From the NCBI GenBank assembly GCA_951406725.2, contig OX597823.1:75454001-75518000 (forward strand): a stretch of DNA of 64,000 nt. Reading direction: 5' to 3'. This stretch comes from Octopus vulgaris (lineage: Eukaryota). A model generated the notes under the pieces. It did not search any database. It was not told where the DNA came from and saw only the letters and a program-made list of their open reading frames with translations. The position numbers were made by a program, and so were the translations under genes. Shown piece after piece: positions 14,927 to 28,698 of this stretch (positions are counted from its first letter, which is position 1; each line of letters opens with the position of its first letter).

Positions 14927-15639
14927 TTTTATTATTCTTTTAATCGTTTATTTCTTTCAGTCATTTCACTACGGTCATATATATATATATAATAAGTATC
15001 AACGATGTCCAGATATCAATGCATTACGGCCGTTTCAAGCGGCTCTATTTAGTCGATCAATGGAAACATTGCACCAATTTTGAATAAACCACTCTTCTCG
15101 GACGCAACCAACCTTATATATTTCCTACATAGAGAATAAACTATTTGTTTTTAACAAAACTTACAACAGTTCTGGCAACCGAAATAGTTACATTGTTTAC
15201 TCCTATTTCTGTGGCAGAATGAATTTAGTAAATAATGCACCTCTACAGTCCACTATAATTTGGAGTGGCATATTATATTAATGAGAGTCAAAATGAAGAA
15301 AAGAGATATAGATCTACATTCATCATTATTATATTTCTCATATTATTTGCCGCATATTGTCTCCAATTCTTAAGAATTCAACCCATTGTGAGTTGAGAGC
15401 TACGTTACTAGTAGAGGAGATAGATTAATTAAATGTGAAATACTTCATCCATCCAAAGGCCTATATTTTATTGAGACCTAAAGTCTTGTCGTATCTATAT
15501 CAAAAGACCTGTCAGTGACCTGCTAGTAAGAGAATGACTGAAGTAAAGGGAGGTGATAACTAGAGTGAGGAAGAAAGCGGTGGTCAAATATATTTAGGTG
15601 TAAGCAAATAGAAGGTGCATAGGTTTGAAAACAAAAAGA

Positions 15640-16860
15640 GGCCAAAACTTTTACGGAAAGTAGTTAAAACTGAAGATAACGAAGCATATCTCAACTCTAA
15701 AATAAATATATAAAAATACAAACTTAATTAACTATCAGGAACTTAACTCTCAGCTCCCAATAGACTTAATTCTTTTGAGATGAAGACAATACGCTGCAAA
15801 TAATCCTAGAAATGTAGTAATGATATATGTAGAACTCTTTCTCCGTTCCACATTCTCGACTCCCACTATTCCACTATGCTTCTTCAAACCATAGTGGGCT
15901 GTAGAGATGCATTATTTACTAAATACAGGCGGTCTGTACAGAGACAATGTTTTTTTTTTCCTGTTGAAAAACTGCACTAAATTTGAGATAAAACAATACA
16001 GAAAATAACTTCATAAATTCTTTAGATATTTTTTTCGTTTCCGTTGCCATAGACCGTAAAGTAAACATTTTCGATGAGATGCAACTTTAAATTTGGAAAG
16101 TGGCATGTATGAAACATACCAGAAGCCTAATGACTGCTTAAGATACATAAATGTCAATTCTAATCATCCGCCTTCCATAATCAATGGTATAATTAAGAAC
16201 GTAGCTAACAGAATATCTAGATTATTAGCTGGTAGAGAACAAACAAATCAAGACTTCACAGAATTTAACACCAATAGCAAAAATAAACAGTGAGACAGCA
16301 AAAACTGAGATAACGTAAAAGACGGTGGCAATAAAATTGAAATGTATCATCAAAAAAGATCCAACAGAAAAGATTGCGAATACAGGAAAACAAAATCAAA
16401 AGGCCACCAGATAAACATAAACATAAAAATAAGAAGAATACGAATGCTGTAGAAAATCCGTCTGTCCCCTCTTGAACCAATGTATCCAAAAAATATATTA
16501 TATAAATGCGTAATATTCATCACGCAATATAAATACGTTTAAATGCTGCCAGGGAAAAACCAATTCTAAGTCCGTTATCGAAACCACATCTCGTCATACC
16601 GAAAGTGAATAGACGAGACGCTACCTCACGGGCAGACATCATAAGGGGACTGAAAGAATAAAAAATTAAATACCAAATGGAATGTCAAAAGTAAAGGAAT
16701 AAAATGTACACCCATGTAATTCGCTATCCGGAAAAAATGTGACCTTTGCCTTGAGGAAGCATTGACTATACTGCTGAGTAATAAAATATGGCAAACAAAA
16801 ATGAGAAAATTCCAAGGTGTAACCACTGCACGAAATAGGCATTTTCCAGATGGTACAGTG
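15640..16860 (+). mobile_element. Penelope-like element (Naiad-type RT + GIY-YIG) remnant
   Basis: GLYRDN (15930); ATLNLESGMYETYQKPNDCLRYINVNSNHPPSIINGIIKNVANRISRL (PLE thumb); CCRKSVCP linker (~16445); RYRNHISS; KKCDLCLEEALTIL. Confidence 0.85.
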
Positions 16861-17117
16861 TATAAAAATTATAATTATTATTCTATTTCACCAAAGCCAT
16901 TCTTTCCCGTCTCCACGTCTGTATAGGGCTCTGTGTATTTATGAAGGAGTGTCCAACGATATAACTATGTATATTAATATGAGTAGTAAAATGTATATGT
17001 GTCTATGTATGCGTGTGAATGTGTTTGTTGATCGGTATGTGTATGTTTGTGTGGCTGTGCATCTATGTACGTGTACATATATTTCATAAATACACACACA
17101 CACACACACACACACAC

Positions 17118-17203
<86 letters not shown>

Positions 17204-17205
17204 TA

Positions 17206-17473
17206 AATGTAATATGTGACAATTATTCGGTAGCCAAGATAACACTCTGAGTTTCGGATGCTGAGGTGGAAATCCACGCCACTATCTCTTCAGTTATCCG
17301 ACCGGATAACTGAAAAGATGGAGGCGTGGATTTCCACCTCGGCATTCGAAAGTCAGAGTTTTATCTGGGCTACCGGAAAATTGTCACATATTACATTGAT
17401 TGAAAATTCCTCTATTTACATAATATCGAGGTCTCTTTCTTTCTTTTGTTATCGTACCGTTTGTACCAATACA

Positions 17474-17480
<7 letters not shown>
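17206..17480. mobile_element. fold-back non-autonomous element (family A) with two degenerate hammerhead motifs
   Basis: 17206-17397 is a near-perfect palindrome centred at ~17300. The 3' tail (cctctatttacataatatcgaggtctc) is shared with 37205-37290 (rc) and 56030-56100. Confidence 0.85.
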
Positions 17481-17504
<24 letters not shown>

Positions 17505-18100
17505 GTGTGTGCATGTGTGTGTACGCAAGTGTGTGTGTATATGGGGATGCGCAGATATGTTGTGGTATATCTGTGTGTGAGTGATTGTATAATTATGAGC
17601 GTATGTATTAGTGTATTTGCGAAATGATAAAATTTAGAATATGCAGCCTAACATGTGAAACTACGTAAACAGAACACATACACAATACCGCTCATGTCGA
17701 GCATGCAGAGGCACGCTCACAGTGAGGAGAGTAAAATTGTCAGCGCTTACCAGATTCAAAGAAACCAGTTGGATTTGACAGCATCGAAGTCAAACATTTA
17801 CTTACGGAAACAGCGATTCTATATCACCCGAGGAGTTACGACTAGGTCCTATTATACAGGTAAACCGTTATTTAGTTTAAGCTTAAATCCTGTATATATG
17901 TGGAACTCTGTTGCATCGAAATACGTTGAGATATCATTAAACTGGTGTCGAATCGTTGCTCCGTCTTCCTTTTGTCTCTATTCTTTCCTATAAAACTAGC
18001 CAATAGAATCATATATTACTGCCAAAAGCGAACTTCATCCAGTATATATCAAATTAGTCTGAAACTCACACACACAGAGAGACACACACACGCACACAGA

Positions 18101-18150
<50 letters not shown>

Positions 18151-18441
18151 ACAATTTATAATTTATATATATAACATACACACACATATATATAGATATA
18201 TGTAGTTATGTAAGAATATATACATACGTAGTAAATATATGCATCCCTATATATACAAATAAATGTATGTGTGCCTGTGCATTTAGATGCTTATATGCTT
18301 GCGTATTTATACATGTGAGTTGCGTGTGTATTTAAGTAAGTATATCACCCTGTATGATGTTCATGACACAAAAACAATATATGCTATTCAATTAGACACG
18401 GAAAGTCGAAAGTTACGAGACAACACACCAGCAGCAATCTC
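17394..18441 (+). repeat. left arm of ~1 kb inverted duplication
   Basis: Reverse complement of 23002-24017; ORF 17655..17993(+) is nearly identical to 23428..23766(-). Confidence 0.97.
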
Positions 18442-18968
18442 CAGACGAAAAACGAAAGTACCAGACAAAATGAATATTGTCATTTGCTCGGTGATGATCA
18501 TAAATAATCAACGTTGCTTACTTTTGACCATATATACTCTAATATACGCTAATATAAATGTATTATCTACTGGTAAGGTAAGTAAGATATATTGATTGTC
18601 CTGCCTTTTGATCTGCTTTGAACCATTTCCTTGTTTCGGTGTCCTTTATTAACTATTAGTTTATATCCTTAAATTTAGTGCCGTTGGTTATTATAGAGAC
18701 TAGACAATGGATTAACTACCGCATTATATTTCAGTTAATACGTCTGGAAGTAAATAATAATGTATATATATTTTTTGATATACATTAATCATGAGTGGGC
18801 GCTATTTCTGAGAGTCGATAACCTGTTGATTGAAATATTCCTTTCGTTATTAAATTATATCTACAAACGTTATGTTGTTTATTTTTTACTCTGCTTGTCA
18901 GACGTTGAACAACAATTCTTGTCACCTGTATTAAAATCCGCTCGTTGAATTTCTAAACCTTCTATGAT

Positions 18969-20200
18969 ATCATTCAACTACGGTAGTAGCTCAATACTAT
19001 TCTTAAGGACGCAATTTACTCACATGCAGCATTTTTCAAAGCTCTGTCGCTAATTCAGTTGTAAGCCAAATTGAAATCTGTTAACAGTTTTGGAGAGGAC
19101 TGGTCCGTAGCTACATTTTAGCATAAGAAATTGCGATTTGGTCCAGAGAAAAATCCGTTTACATTAAAATTGTAGCAACGTTGGAGGAGAGTAACACCGC
19201 CAGTCAAGTTTAGATCTGAATATTTTAATTTTATTTTAAAGTCAAAATATATTTACGTTAGCTTCGGTAATAGACGAAAGCATGATAAATTTCATAGCTT
19301 TCGTCCTATGCAACAAAAAATTGTATCCAAAATGTAGTGAGGTAAAATAACATGAAAAAGATATAAAAGTAAAACAAAAAATTGGATCTAAGTATAATTT
19401 AATTTTTTTATTTAAAAAACAAACAATATTTTAATTCAGCTTAAACGACAGAGCTGAATTTCAGGAAGTTCATGGTATCAATCTCATGCAAGGAAGTTTT
19501 AAAGGTAAAAGTTATGAGTGTTTGTTTCTCAAATTTCAGGGAGATGATATAGTTCTATCCATTTTTATGAATATAGTTCTATGAGAAGACTTCTAATATA
19601 TGTCACCGGCTTCATTGAAGCAAGGAAATCATTATCAATGACACCGCTAATGTGCAATTAGTTTAATTACATCATCTGTATTTATTAAGGCAAGTATATC
19701 ATGTAAATACAGTCCCGTAGTATGTGAGACGAGAAATAGAATCGTAGTAATTTACAGGAATAGCTGTTGTTAAGACTTCTCAAAGAATCATTCAACTACA
19801 GTAGTAGTTTAATAATATTATTAAGGCCGCAATTTACTCTCACGTAACATCATTCAGGGCTTTGTCACTAATTCAGTTCTTAACCAAATTGAAAAGTCTT
19901 AACAGTTTTCAAGAAGACTGGTCTCTGTAAGTAACGCTTCCAATCAATTTTAAATGTAAATCACATTTTTATTTTAAAAGCAAACTATATTTATCTTAGC
20001 ATAAATAATAGAAGAAATCATGACGAATTTCTTAGTTTTGGTCCCATGCAACAAAAGATTGTATTAGATAGGGTGTGAGGAAAAATATGAAAAAAATATA
20101 AAGGAAAAAAATGGATTTAAGTATACAATGAGCTTCCTTTTTAATTTTAAAAACAAACTGTATCTTAATTAGCTTAAATGATAGAGCTCAATTCGAGGAA
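18969..20200. repeat. old direct duplication (18969-19467 vs 19787-20200)
   Basis: Both copies start atcattcaactac.gtagtag and stay alignable to agcttaaa.ga.agagct.aatt; the first copy has an extra ~80-100 bp. Confidence 0.85.
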
Positions 20201-22404
20201 TTTGATTAGTAAAGCATTCAATAATAATCGTTCAATCACAAAAAATTAAAATATTATTTTAAAATTTATTTAATTTATTATTCAGTTTTCAATATGGTAC
20301 AATCTTAAATAATTAATTAATACCTTATTGATTAGCACAATAGTATAGCCTGAATAAAATGGATAACATGTAAAATGCAAGCCAGAAGAATAATATTCTT
20401 AAGATTAGAAACCTGGAAAAGTACCAGACAAGTTATTACTCGTGGAAAAGTTCAAAAGTTCAGAATAAGTTATTACATCTGGTAAGGTACAGAACAAAAA
20501 AATGTTTACTCAACATTTTGCAGCCAAAGATAAAATTTGAATATTAAACATAATTTGATTTTAATTAACAAAGTAACATTATAATTAAAAATGTTACCAT
20601 TATTTTTTTTTAAATATTGACACACTAGAATATATAAAAATGAGAGCCAGAAGTGCCAATACTGCTAAAGTTTTATGCAGAAGTTAAATAGTATATATGG
20701 TAACCAACTTCATTATGTAGCAAATAGGCTATCAAGACTAACAATGTGAATGCTTGACAATAACTTAGGCCACAACCAAGGACATTTTACTGTGAATTTG
20801 TTGTTATAGGTAGATTTTATTGTAAAGTATAACTCATTTTTGTATTATTGTAATTACTTTTCTAATTATGTACTACTATTATCTTTATATCTTATTTTCG
20901 AATTTCTAATTATTAATTAATAATGTTAAGAAATTAATATTCTAAAGTGTTTATAGATTGTGATCTTGGACAGGTACCACCAATTTGGTTAATGTACTGC
21001 ATTTCCATTAGCAAGGATTTTAATAACAAGATTACTTAATAATATATGCGAGTGCAATTACTCAATCTTTACATTTCCTTGCAGCAGCATACATAAGGGT
21101 TTCCTTTCGAAAACTAAAATAAATTTAATAAATTCCATTCACGAATGATGAAACATAAATTTTCTGTAAGTCACTCACAAGATATCGGGACTGCGCATTT
21201 CGATCCAATACTTTGTCATTTACTGCAAAGGAGAACATTTTCAAATCTATATGGATATATCACATTACCAATGAAAGGTTCCATTCATTCTCGTTTATGA
21301 TTTTAGTGTGACTAGAACAGTCCGTAACTTTCCGAGAAATTCCTAGCGCAGTATATAGTAAGTAGATTATTGTTATGTATAATGACCTCAATGTAATTGT
21401 TTAACGTGCTAGAAAGAATAGCCATAATTTTCTAAAGGTAGAAAAACACTACTAAAGACATTGAAGATATTCCTAGATAAATAAGACGTGTTGTCGAACC
21501 TTCTAACCTACGTCAGAATCCGCATAATTGATATGGTGTTAAATACTGACGCAGCCATTAGCTGCTGTTCAATATAGATGCTGGTTAGAGTGTTGCTTGT
21601 ATCATTTCCTTTCTCTGTCGTAAGTATTCTGAATTTGAATTTACGTGCTTTGCTATACGCAATGCATCACTAATCGACAGATCCAGCTGCGAGTCTTTAA
21701 CTAAATTGATAACGTGAAAATAAAAATGACTCTTGTGTATATTTAATTATTCTCAACTTGTCAAGATTATGTTTTGTCAGTTCGTCTCTGCTGGCAGAGC
21801 TTATTCTGTGAAACATCAATTCAATAATACTCTCTACAGGACAGTAATAAAGGTTGAATATTTTATTACCATCGTTGTTTGCAGAAGATTTAAAGCCAAG
21901 ATGCAAGACTTTCAACATGAAAAGATAGAACAAATATCGAAATCATCTCTCAGTAGCCGTGTTATTGTATTGAATTGTCAAGAGAAAAAGAAAGGGAAAA
22001 TTAACACGGAAGTGTACACGACGTATATCTGAAGACGCAAATTTCTGAATAGTATACGGGGATATATTTTGTCTACTCAAACATGAGATGGCTATTGTCC
22101 ACAAATATTGGTTTTGAACTTGACAGGAGGCTGATTTACACACAGAAAAGCCGCATTGATTTCAACGCACTCAGTGCACTATTCGTTCTTGCTATATCGA
22201 TCATTGTAGCATCGCACATCACAGTCGGTATTGAAATTTAAAGGAAAATCGAAAATATCTTAAAGCAGTAACGTTTCGCCGATTTCTCTTGATCATAAGC
22301 ATTCCACTGAAAACGCTTATACGTATTCAGCGCTAACATAATATATACATACGTATGCATGTGAACATATAAACACACACACATTTGTATGTTTATATAC
22401 ATTT

Positions 22405-22442
<38 letters not shown>

Positions 22443-23001
22443 GTGTGTGTGTGTCTGTATGGGTCTGTGTGTGTATGTATATCTACATGCATACATACAT
22501 ACACATCTATATGAATGTATGTATGATGGGAGCCTGTGTGTACGTTTACGTGTATGCTTGTGGCTGTGTGCCTGTGTAAGTGAAGATATGCATCTATTAT
22601 GAACGTTTTCGAGTTTCTAATGCCTAGTGAGGTAGAAACATGATTTTGATACTATCTTATCTGAACAGAAGATAGGATCTTTTCCTGCTCTTTTCGTAAA
22701 GATGTTTTAAGTTCTGGTGATATTTTTTAAAAATTTTGTGATTATATTCCCATCCCAAGTGGAGATGTTCTCCATTGCAATTTGGTAATTGGAAATCATA
22801 TTCTAGAGACGGAAAAAATTTTAATTAATCAAAAATTGAGATCGTAGGCAAATGATATTGTTGTAATTATGTTTTTTCACATGCCCACTACTGGACATTC
22901 TGAATTATTTCTCTCCGCTCATATTTATTTTTTGCTTGATGCATATTGACTGTTTATATTTATGTATATATTTATCTTCATTGAATACAAGAAATAAATT
23001 A

Positions 23002-24017
23002 GAGATTGCTGCTGGTGTGTTGTCTCGTAACTTTCGACTTTCCGTGTCTAATTGAATAGCATATATTGTTTTTGTGTCATGAACATCATACAGGGTGATA
23101 TACTTACTTAAATACACACGCAACTCACATGTATAAATACGCAAGCATATAAGCATCTAAATGCACAGGCACACACACATTTATGTGTATATATAGGGAT
23201 GCATATATTTACTACGTATGTATATATTCTTACATAACTACATATATCTATATATATGTGTGTGTATGTTATATATATAAATTATAAATTGTACTATATA
23301 TATATATATATATATATGAATCTGTGTGCGTGTGTGTGTCTCTGTGTGTGTGTGAGTTTCAGACTAATTTGATATATACTGGATGAAGTTCGCTTTTGGC
23401 AGTAATATATTATTCTATTGGCTAGTTTTATAGGAAAGAATAGAGACAAAAGGAAGACGGAGCAACGATTAGACACCAGTTTAATGACATCTCCACGTAT
23501 TTCGATGCAACAGAGTTCCACATATATACAGGATTTAAACTTAAACTAAATACCGGTTTACCTGTATAATAGGACCTAGTTGTACCTCCTCGGGTGATAT
23601 AGAATCGCTGTTTCCGTAAGTAAATGTTTGACTTCGATGCTGTCAAATCCAACTGGTTTCTTTGAATCTGGTAAGTGCTGACAATTTTACTCTCCTCACT
23701 GTGAGCGTGCCTCTGCATGCTCGACATGAGCGGTATTGTGTATGTGTTCTGTTTACGTAGTTTCACATGTTAGGCTGCATATTCTAAATTTTATCATTTC
23801 GCAAATACACTCATACATACGCTCATAATTATACAATCACTCACACACAGATATACCACAACATATCTGCGCATCCCCATATACACACACACTTGCGTAC
23901 ACACACATGCACACACATATACATATATATATATATATGTATTGGTACAAACGGTACGATAACAAAAGAAAGAAAGAGACCTCGATATTATGTAAATAGA
24001 GGAATTTTCAATCAATG
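23002..24017 (-). repeat. right arm of ~1 kb inverted duplication
   Basis: Reverse complement of 17394-18441. Confidence 0.97.
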
Positions 24018-24226
24018 ACAGTAAATTTACATCTTATCCTTAATATCATGATCACCCTCCACAATACACAATTCATTAAATTACACCACTTCTCATATAC
24101 TCCTTTCGTAATTATTACATAAATTTACAGGTGGACATTATTCTTTTTCTTAAAAAACATCAAATTTTGTAGTATTTGGTAATCCTATTTTTATCTACAC
24201 CCCCGCACACGCAAAAATATATACTG

Positions 24227-24330
<104 letters not shown>

Positions 24331-24354
24331 ATATATACATGTATATATATATAT

Positions 24355-24409
<55 letters not shown>

Positions 24410-24509
24410 TAGTTACATATATACCGATAGATGTGTATGTATGTTAATTTATATATATGTAGTTATATATATATATATAAATGTGCGTGTACGTTTGTGT
24501 GAGTGTAAG

Positions 24510-25300
24510 AGGTACATTTCAGAGATTTTGAGGCTTTTTAGTAGTATGTAGTATTATCCTTAACCAATAGAATTTTAGCGTATCATTATTATATTCTTAG
24601 CGGTCAAGTTTGTTACTCCCCATTGAAATAGACGGCTGTAACAGCTCTTTGACACATCCTGAAGGCAATATTTCTCACAGTTCAGTAGTTCACAGAAGGC
24701 AGCTGGGACCTGAAGACAATTTTGGAAGCACCTTATGTATTAAAATTCTGTCAACAGAAGCATAAGAATTGCCCTAGACAGACATTGGATTAAATTGTAG
24801 CCTAGCATTTACTTTTTATGCTCGAACAAGAGACTCCAAATGCAGGTCTACCACTAAGTTCATGATAACATCGCTATTATGATGCTATGTACATACACTA
24901 GGGACATCAGGGTCCACAGTCAACAAATTTGAGACAATTTGTGTGGGTTCCGGAAGAAATTTCCTCGGTAATATCTAGAGAACTTCCACCAAAACTGTGC
25001 AGCTGTTCAAAATTTCATTCTATTAAAAAAAAGTATTTGAACGAAATGGGTATCCAACCTCTTGCTTATCCTCATTATGATGTAAACTTTGCTTCGTTTC
25101 CCATTTCATTTTTCCCCAAGCGAAAGGTGTACATCAAGGAGGTTGTGACGATAGTTCAGGACACCTTCCCTTTCTGAAGTATCATAGAGACCTCACAAAT
25201 TGGCTCAAAAGCTAAAACAAGTGCATTAAGTAATTCCAAGAATCTTTTAAACTTTTATAAGTCTTGCACTACTTTCAAAGTAATAAAAGATTCTCACAAA
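24510..25300 (+). mobile_element. mariner remnant, highly decayed
   Basis: KKYLNEMGIQPLAYPHYDVNFASFPISFFPKRK resembles mariner LxHPPYSPDLAPCDFxLFPKLK; an upstream TVN-like motif at ~24915. Confidence 0.55.
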
Positions 25301-25721
25301 AAAAAATCCAAAAGATCTAATATAGCACGTTTTCTCTATATATATATATACACACAATTAAGATTCAGTTGAAACAGGTACTCAATTTGATGTTACACGT
25401 TATGACGGGTTACCATGCACACAAAACAATATTAACTAAAAATCAAACTTGGTACGTAAGTGCCGGCCACATGATACTCTTGCAGTGTATGCTGATAATT
25501 ATATTCAGATCCGTGGATGTGAAACTACGTGAAACCAGTCGAATTGTCCTCAATGTTTGGAGTTCATGAATCTGACGAAAACGTATTCTTTGTAATTTTG
25601 CTTTCATTAATCAATTAAAGGAGTCATTGGGAACGGTCGAAATGGAGTGACACCTGTACCTCTTTGTTACTCACTGATATATATATATATATGTACATAC
25701 ATATATATATATATACAATAA

Positions 25722-26308
25722 AAGCAATTAAGATTCAAGTCAATTCCAATGAATTTACTTGAATGTGGTACTTAACTTAGATGCACCAAAAAAACTATAT
25801 GGTGTTAACCATACAGTAATGTGGGGTGATTATAAACGAGAAAGAAGCAACAAGAATGGATTAGTTTTTAGTACAATTGTTTCATACAAAGACAGGCTTT
25901 ATTAAAAGTTGCAAAAATTGCAGCAGATAAAAGTGTCCCGTAAAAAGCAGATTTAGGTTGAAAACAGATTTCCGAAGTTCCTTAATGATGATGCACAGAT
26001 CACAGGTTTTTAAAAAAAGCTTATTAGCTTCACAGAGAAGGTGAATTAATCCGTAGTGTAGATGTAAATTTCCAGAGATATGTGCATCATCATTAAGGAA
26101 CTTCGGAAATCTGTTTACAACCTAAATCTGATTTTAATGAAATTCTCTCCAATACTTCATGAGTATAGCCTCACCCACTAAGATGTTTGGAGAACTCATA
26201 TGTATTTTAGCTGATGAGTAAGGGACAATTTTTGCAACTTTTAATAAAGCCTGTCTTTGTATGAAACAATTGTACTAAAAACTAATCCATTCTTGTTGCT
26301 TCTTTCTC

Positions 26309-26310
<2 letters not shown>
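25722..26310. mobile_element. fold-back PLE-terminal element (family B) with nested inverted repeats
   Basis: 25836-25920 is the rc of 26226-26310, and 25948-26001 is the rc of 26077-26130. 25725-25835 resembles the rc of 32975-33080. Flanked by (TA)n on both sides. Confidence 0.85.
26205..26280 (+). ncRNA. putative minimal type-I hammerhead ribozyme
   Basis: Stem I TTTTAG(26205-10)/CTAAAA(26275-80); core CTGATGA 26211-17; stem II GTAAGGGACA/TGTCTTTGTAT; GAAA 26263-66; palindromic stem III ACAATTGT; cleavage triplet GTA 26272-74. Confidence 0.8.
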
Positions 26311-26345
<35 letters not shown>

Positions 26346-28698
26346 CATATATATACATGTATGTATGCATACACACGCTCACATATCCTTACATGTGTTT
26401 GAGTGCTTTTTCGTGTGTGTGTGTGTGTATGTATATATATAAATATATTTATATATACATGCATATACACTGTCGAATGATCACTGATGCTTGCAATCAG
26501 GCACCCGCTCAATTTATTTGTTCTTCGTCATGAAGGATTTAAAGTAGTCGTTTTTTACCCATGACTAGAAAAGGTTGGGAACACTCCATCTAAAAGTGAA
26601 ACTCAAATCAGTATATGAAGTTTAATATGTGTGTGTTAGCCTGTGTATGTATGCATATTATATGTATGTGTTTATGAAAGAACACATGTATTCCACATGA
26701 CTTTTGTCATTTATGTTTCGAGTAGTAATGAAATATTAGTTCCAGCATGTTTCGACCATATCAACCCGCACTATCTCAAGAATGTGCGTGAAATTTGTGT
26801 CTGTAACAGATACTGTTATTATTACTAATACAAACATCACCGTATATTTGAAGTAGTTTTAAACAAATGTAATATTGTATTATTTCATCTCCATATGTGC
26901 TGCGTAAATATGCTTTTTAATACCAAGAATTACGACTAATCATAATTAAAATACATAAAAAGCCATAAGAGTTTTTATTAATATAATGATTAGATATGTA
27001 GATAAAAAATATATTTTCTATTTCCTTGCAATTTTTGCGTCTACAACAATGTAACATACATTAGATTCACTTTCACAAATGAAGTGTTCTTTTAAAAAAC
27101 AATAGAGGTGAAAAATCGTTTCTCTTTACACTCATTCCCCTTCCTAGAATAGACACAAGTACAATACAATAAAAAAAAAGAGACGAATAAAAGTTACACA
27201 AAGTTAACTAGGAAAGAACAACTACATATATTTATGCAGAGAATTGATTCTGACAGACAAATGTAACCTTTCCAGCTGATTTCAATCTCTCTACCATTAA
27301 ATCTTATCAGAAGTCAGTTTAATATGAACAAAAAACTGTACTTTTTAAATTTATTATTTATTTTTATCTGAGAGCACTCCTACATTATAGATACAGCAAA
27401 ACAAAAGATTGAAATAATGCTTTAGACATCAATAGATTTTGATGAGAGATAAAATCTACGCATACATAAATACACACATACATGCATACATATAACCTAC
27501 AACTATATATTTGCATGGTAGGTGTGTGTACGTGTATATACATAGATAGGCACATGAAGGCCTTTGTAGTTTGGAACATAATAATATACTGACAAACAAA
27601 CCAACACGTCCATTTTCTAATTCATGTACGTGGAGTGTAATTTATGTGCCTGTGTGTCTGTCTAAAGAAATGATTGTAAAATATCTGTGTAATTAGTCGC
27701 ACGAAAGCGTACATAAATATAAAATTGCATACTCCATCGCTTTCGACATGCATTGCATCAGTTGTACTGCAGGATGGATTGCTGACCCGGTAACTATTCA
27801 GTCACAAGTGCATTTCACAGGTATTCGAACTGAAAACGCAATTTCCAAGAGGTGTCAATAGGAGACAGTGTGATGATACTGTGCCTTTAGATTCAAGGTA
27901 TAGTTTCACCGGCTGCATTTCGCATATTTCTTGTTTTTCCATCTTTGACCAGAAATGGGAACTGGCGCCAGTTACCATTTAGAGAGATCGATCCGTATTC
28001 CTCACGATTCCAAAATGGATTTCGGAACTACTTAGTCATGGTTGTAAACTTTACGTACATACTGAATGAGTAATCGTCTTCGACGTTATTGGAAATTTGT
28101 TTACTACCGTAAATAATGTGTTTTTCAAGTAAATTTCAAGTAATACATATAATCAGATAATTGATTTATTTTAGAGGCAGCAATTGCTTGTTTTCTGGGC
28201 TTGAATCCACATTAGCTTTGAAATTAAAACCGATCATTTTTACACCGATTTCTCATTAAATAAACAGTCATACAAAAATCATCCAGTTTGTGCAATTGTA
28301 CTGATTGAACTACATTTTTGTTACAGCTTCGAACGTATGTGATTTTTTTGGAATACACTCCGTTACAAGTATCAAGACTATGTCCCGCATATAAAAGTAA
28401 ATTTTTCGTTTCCATCCGCAACTAATAGAAACCCGCATCTGGAGCTAATTTAACGTTTTGAACTTTGGACCATAAAAGTCAACATTAAGGAGAATTTATT
28501 TTCACTTTTTGTGTTTCTGCTCACGAGGGGTCTTTAAATTCATGACGCTCAAATTGTATATATTTCAGAATAAATTTACAATATTCCTTGCAGTTTATTT
28601 CAGAATACTGAAAAGCAAAGACAGCTGTAATACTATTTACATAAGGGCAATTTATACTTATGCTTTTCGTCCCACACTCACCACTGTATGCATTGTAT

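Noticed and set aside
21697-22143. Minus-strand ORFs with faint LRR-like words
   Set aside because: No consistent periodicity or splice sites; could be chance
17394-24017. Single DNA transposon with 1 kb TIRs
   Set aside because: No target-site duplication, no transposase inside, and the arm starts in the middle of another repeat; treated as an inverted duplication
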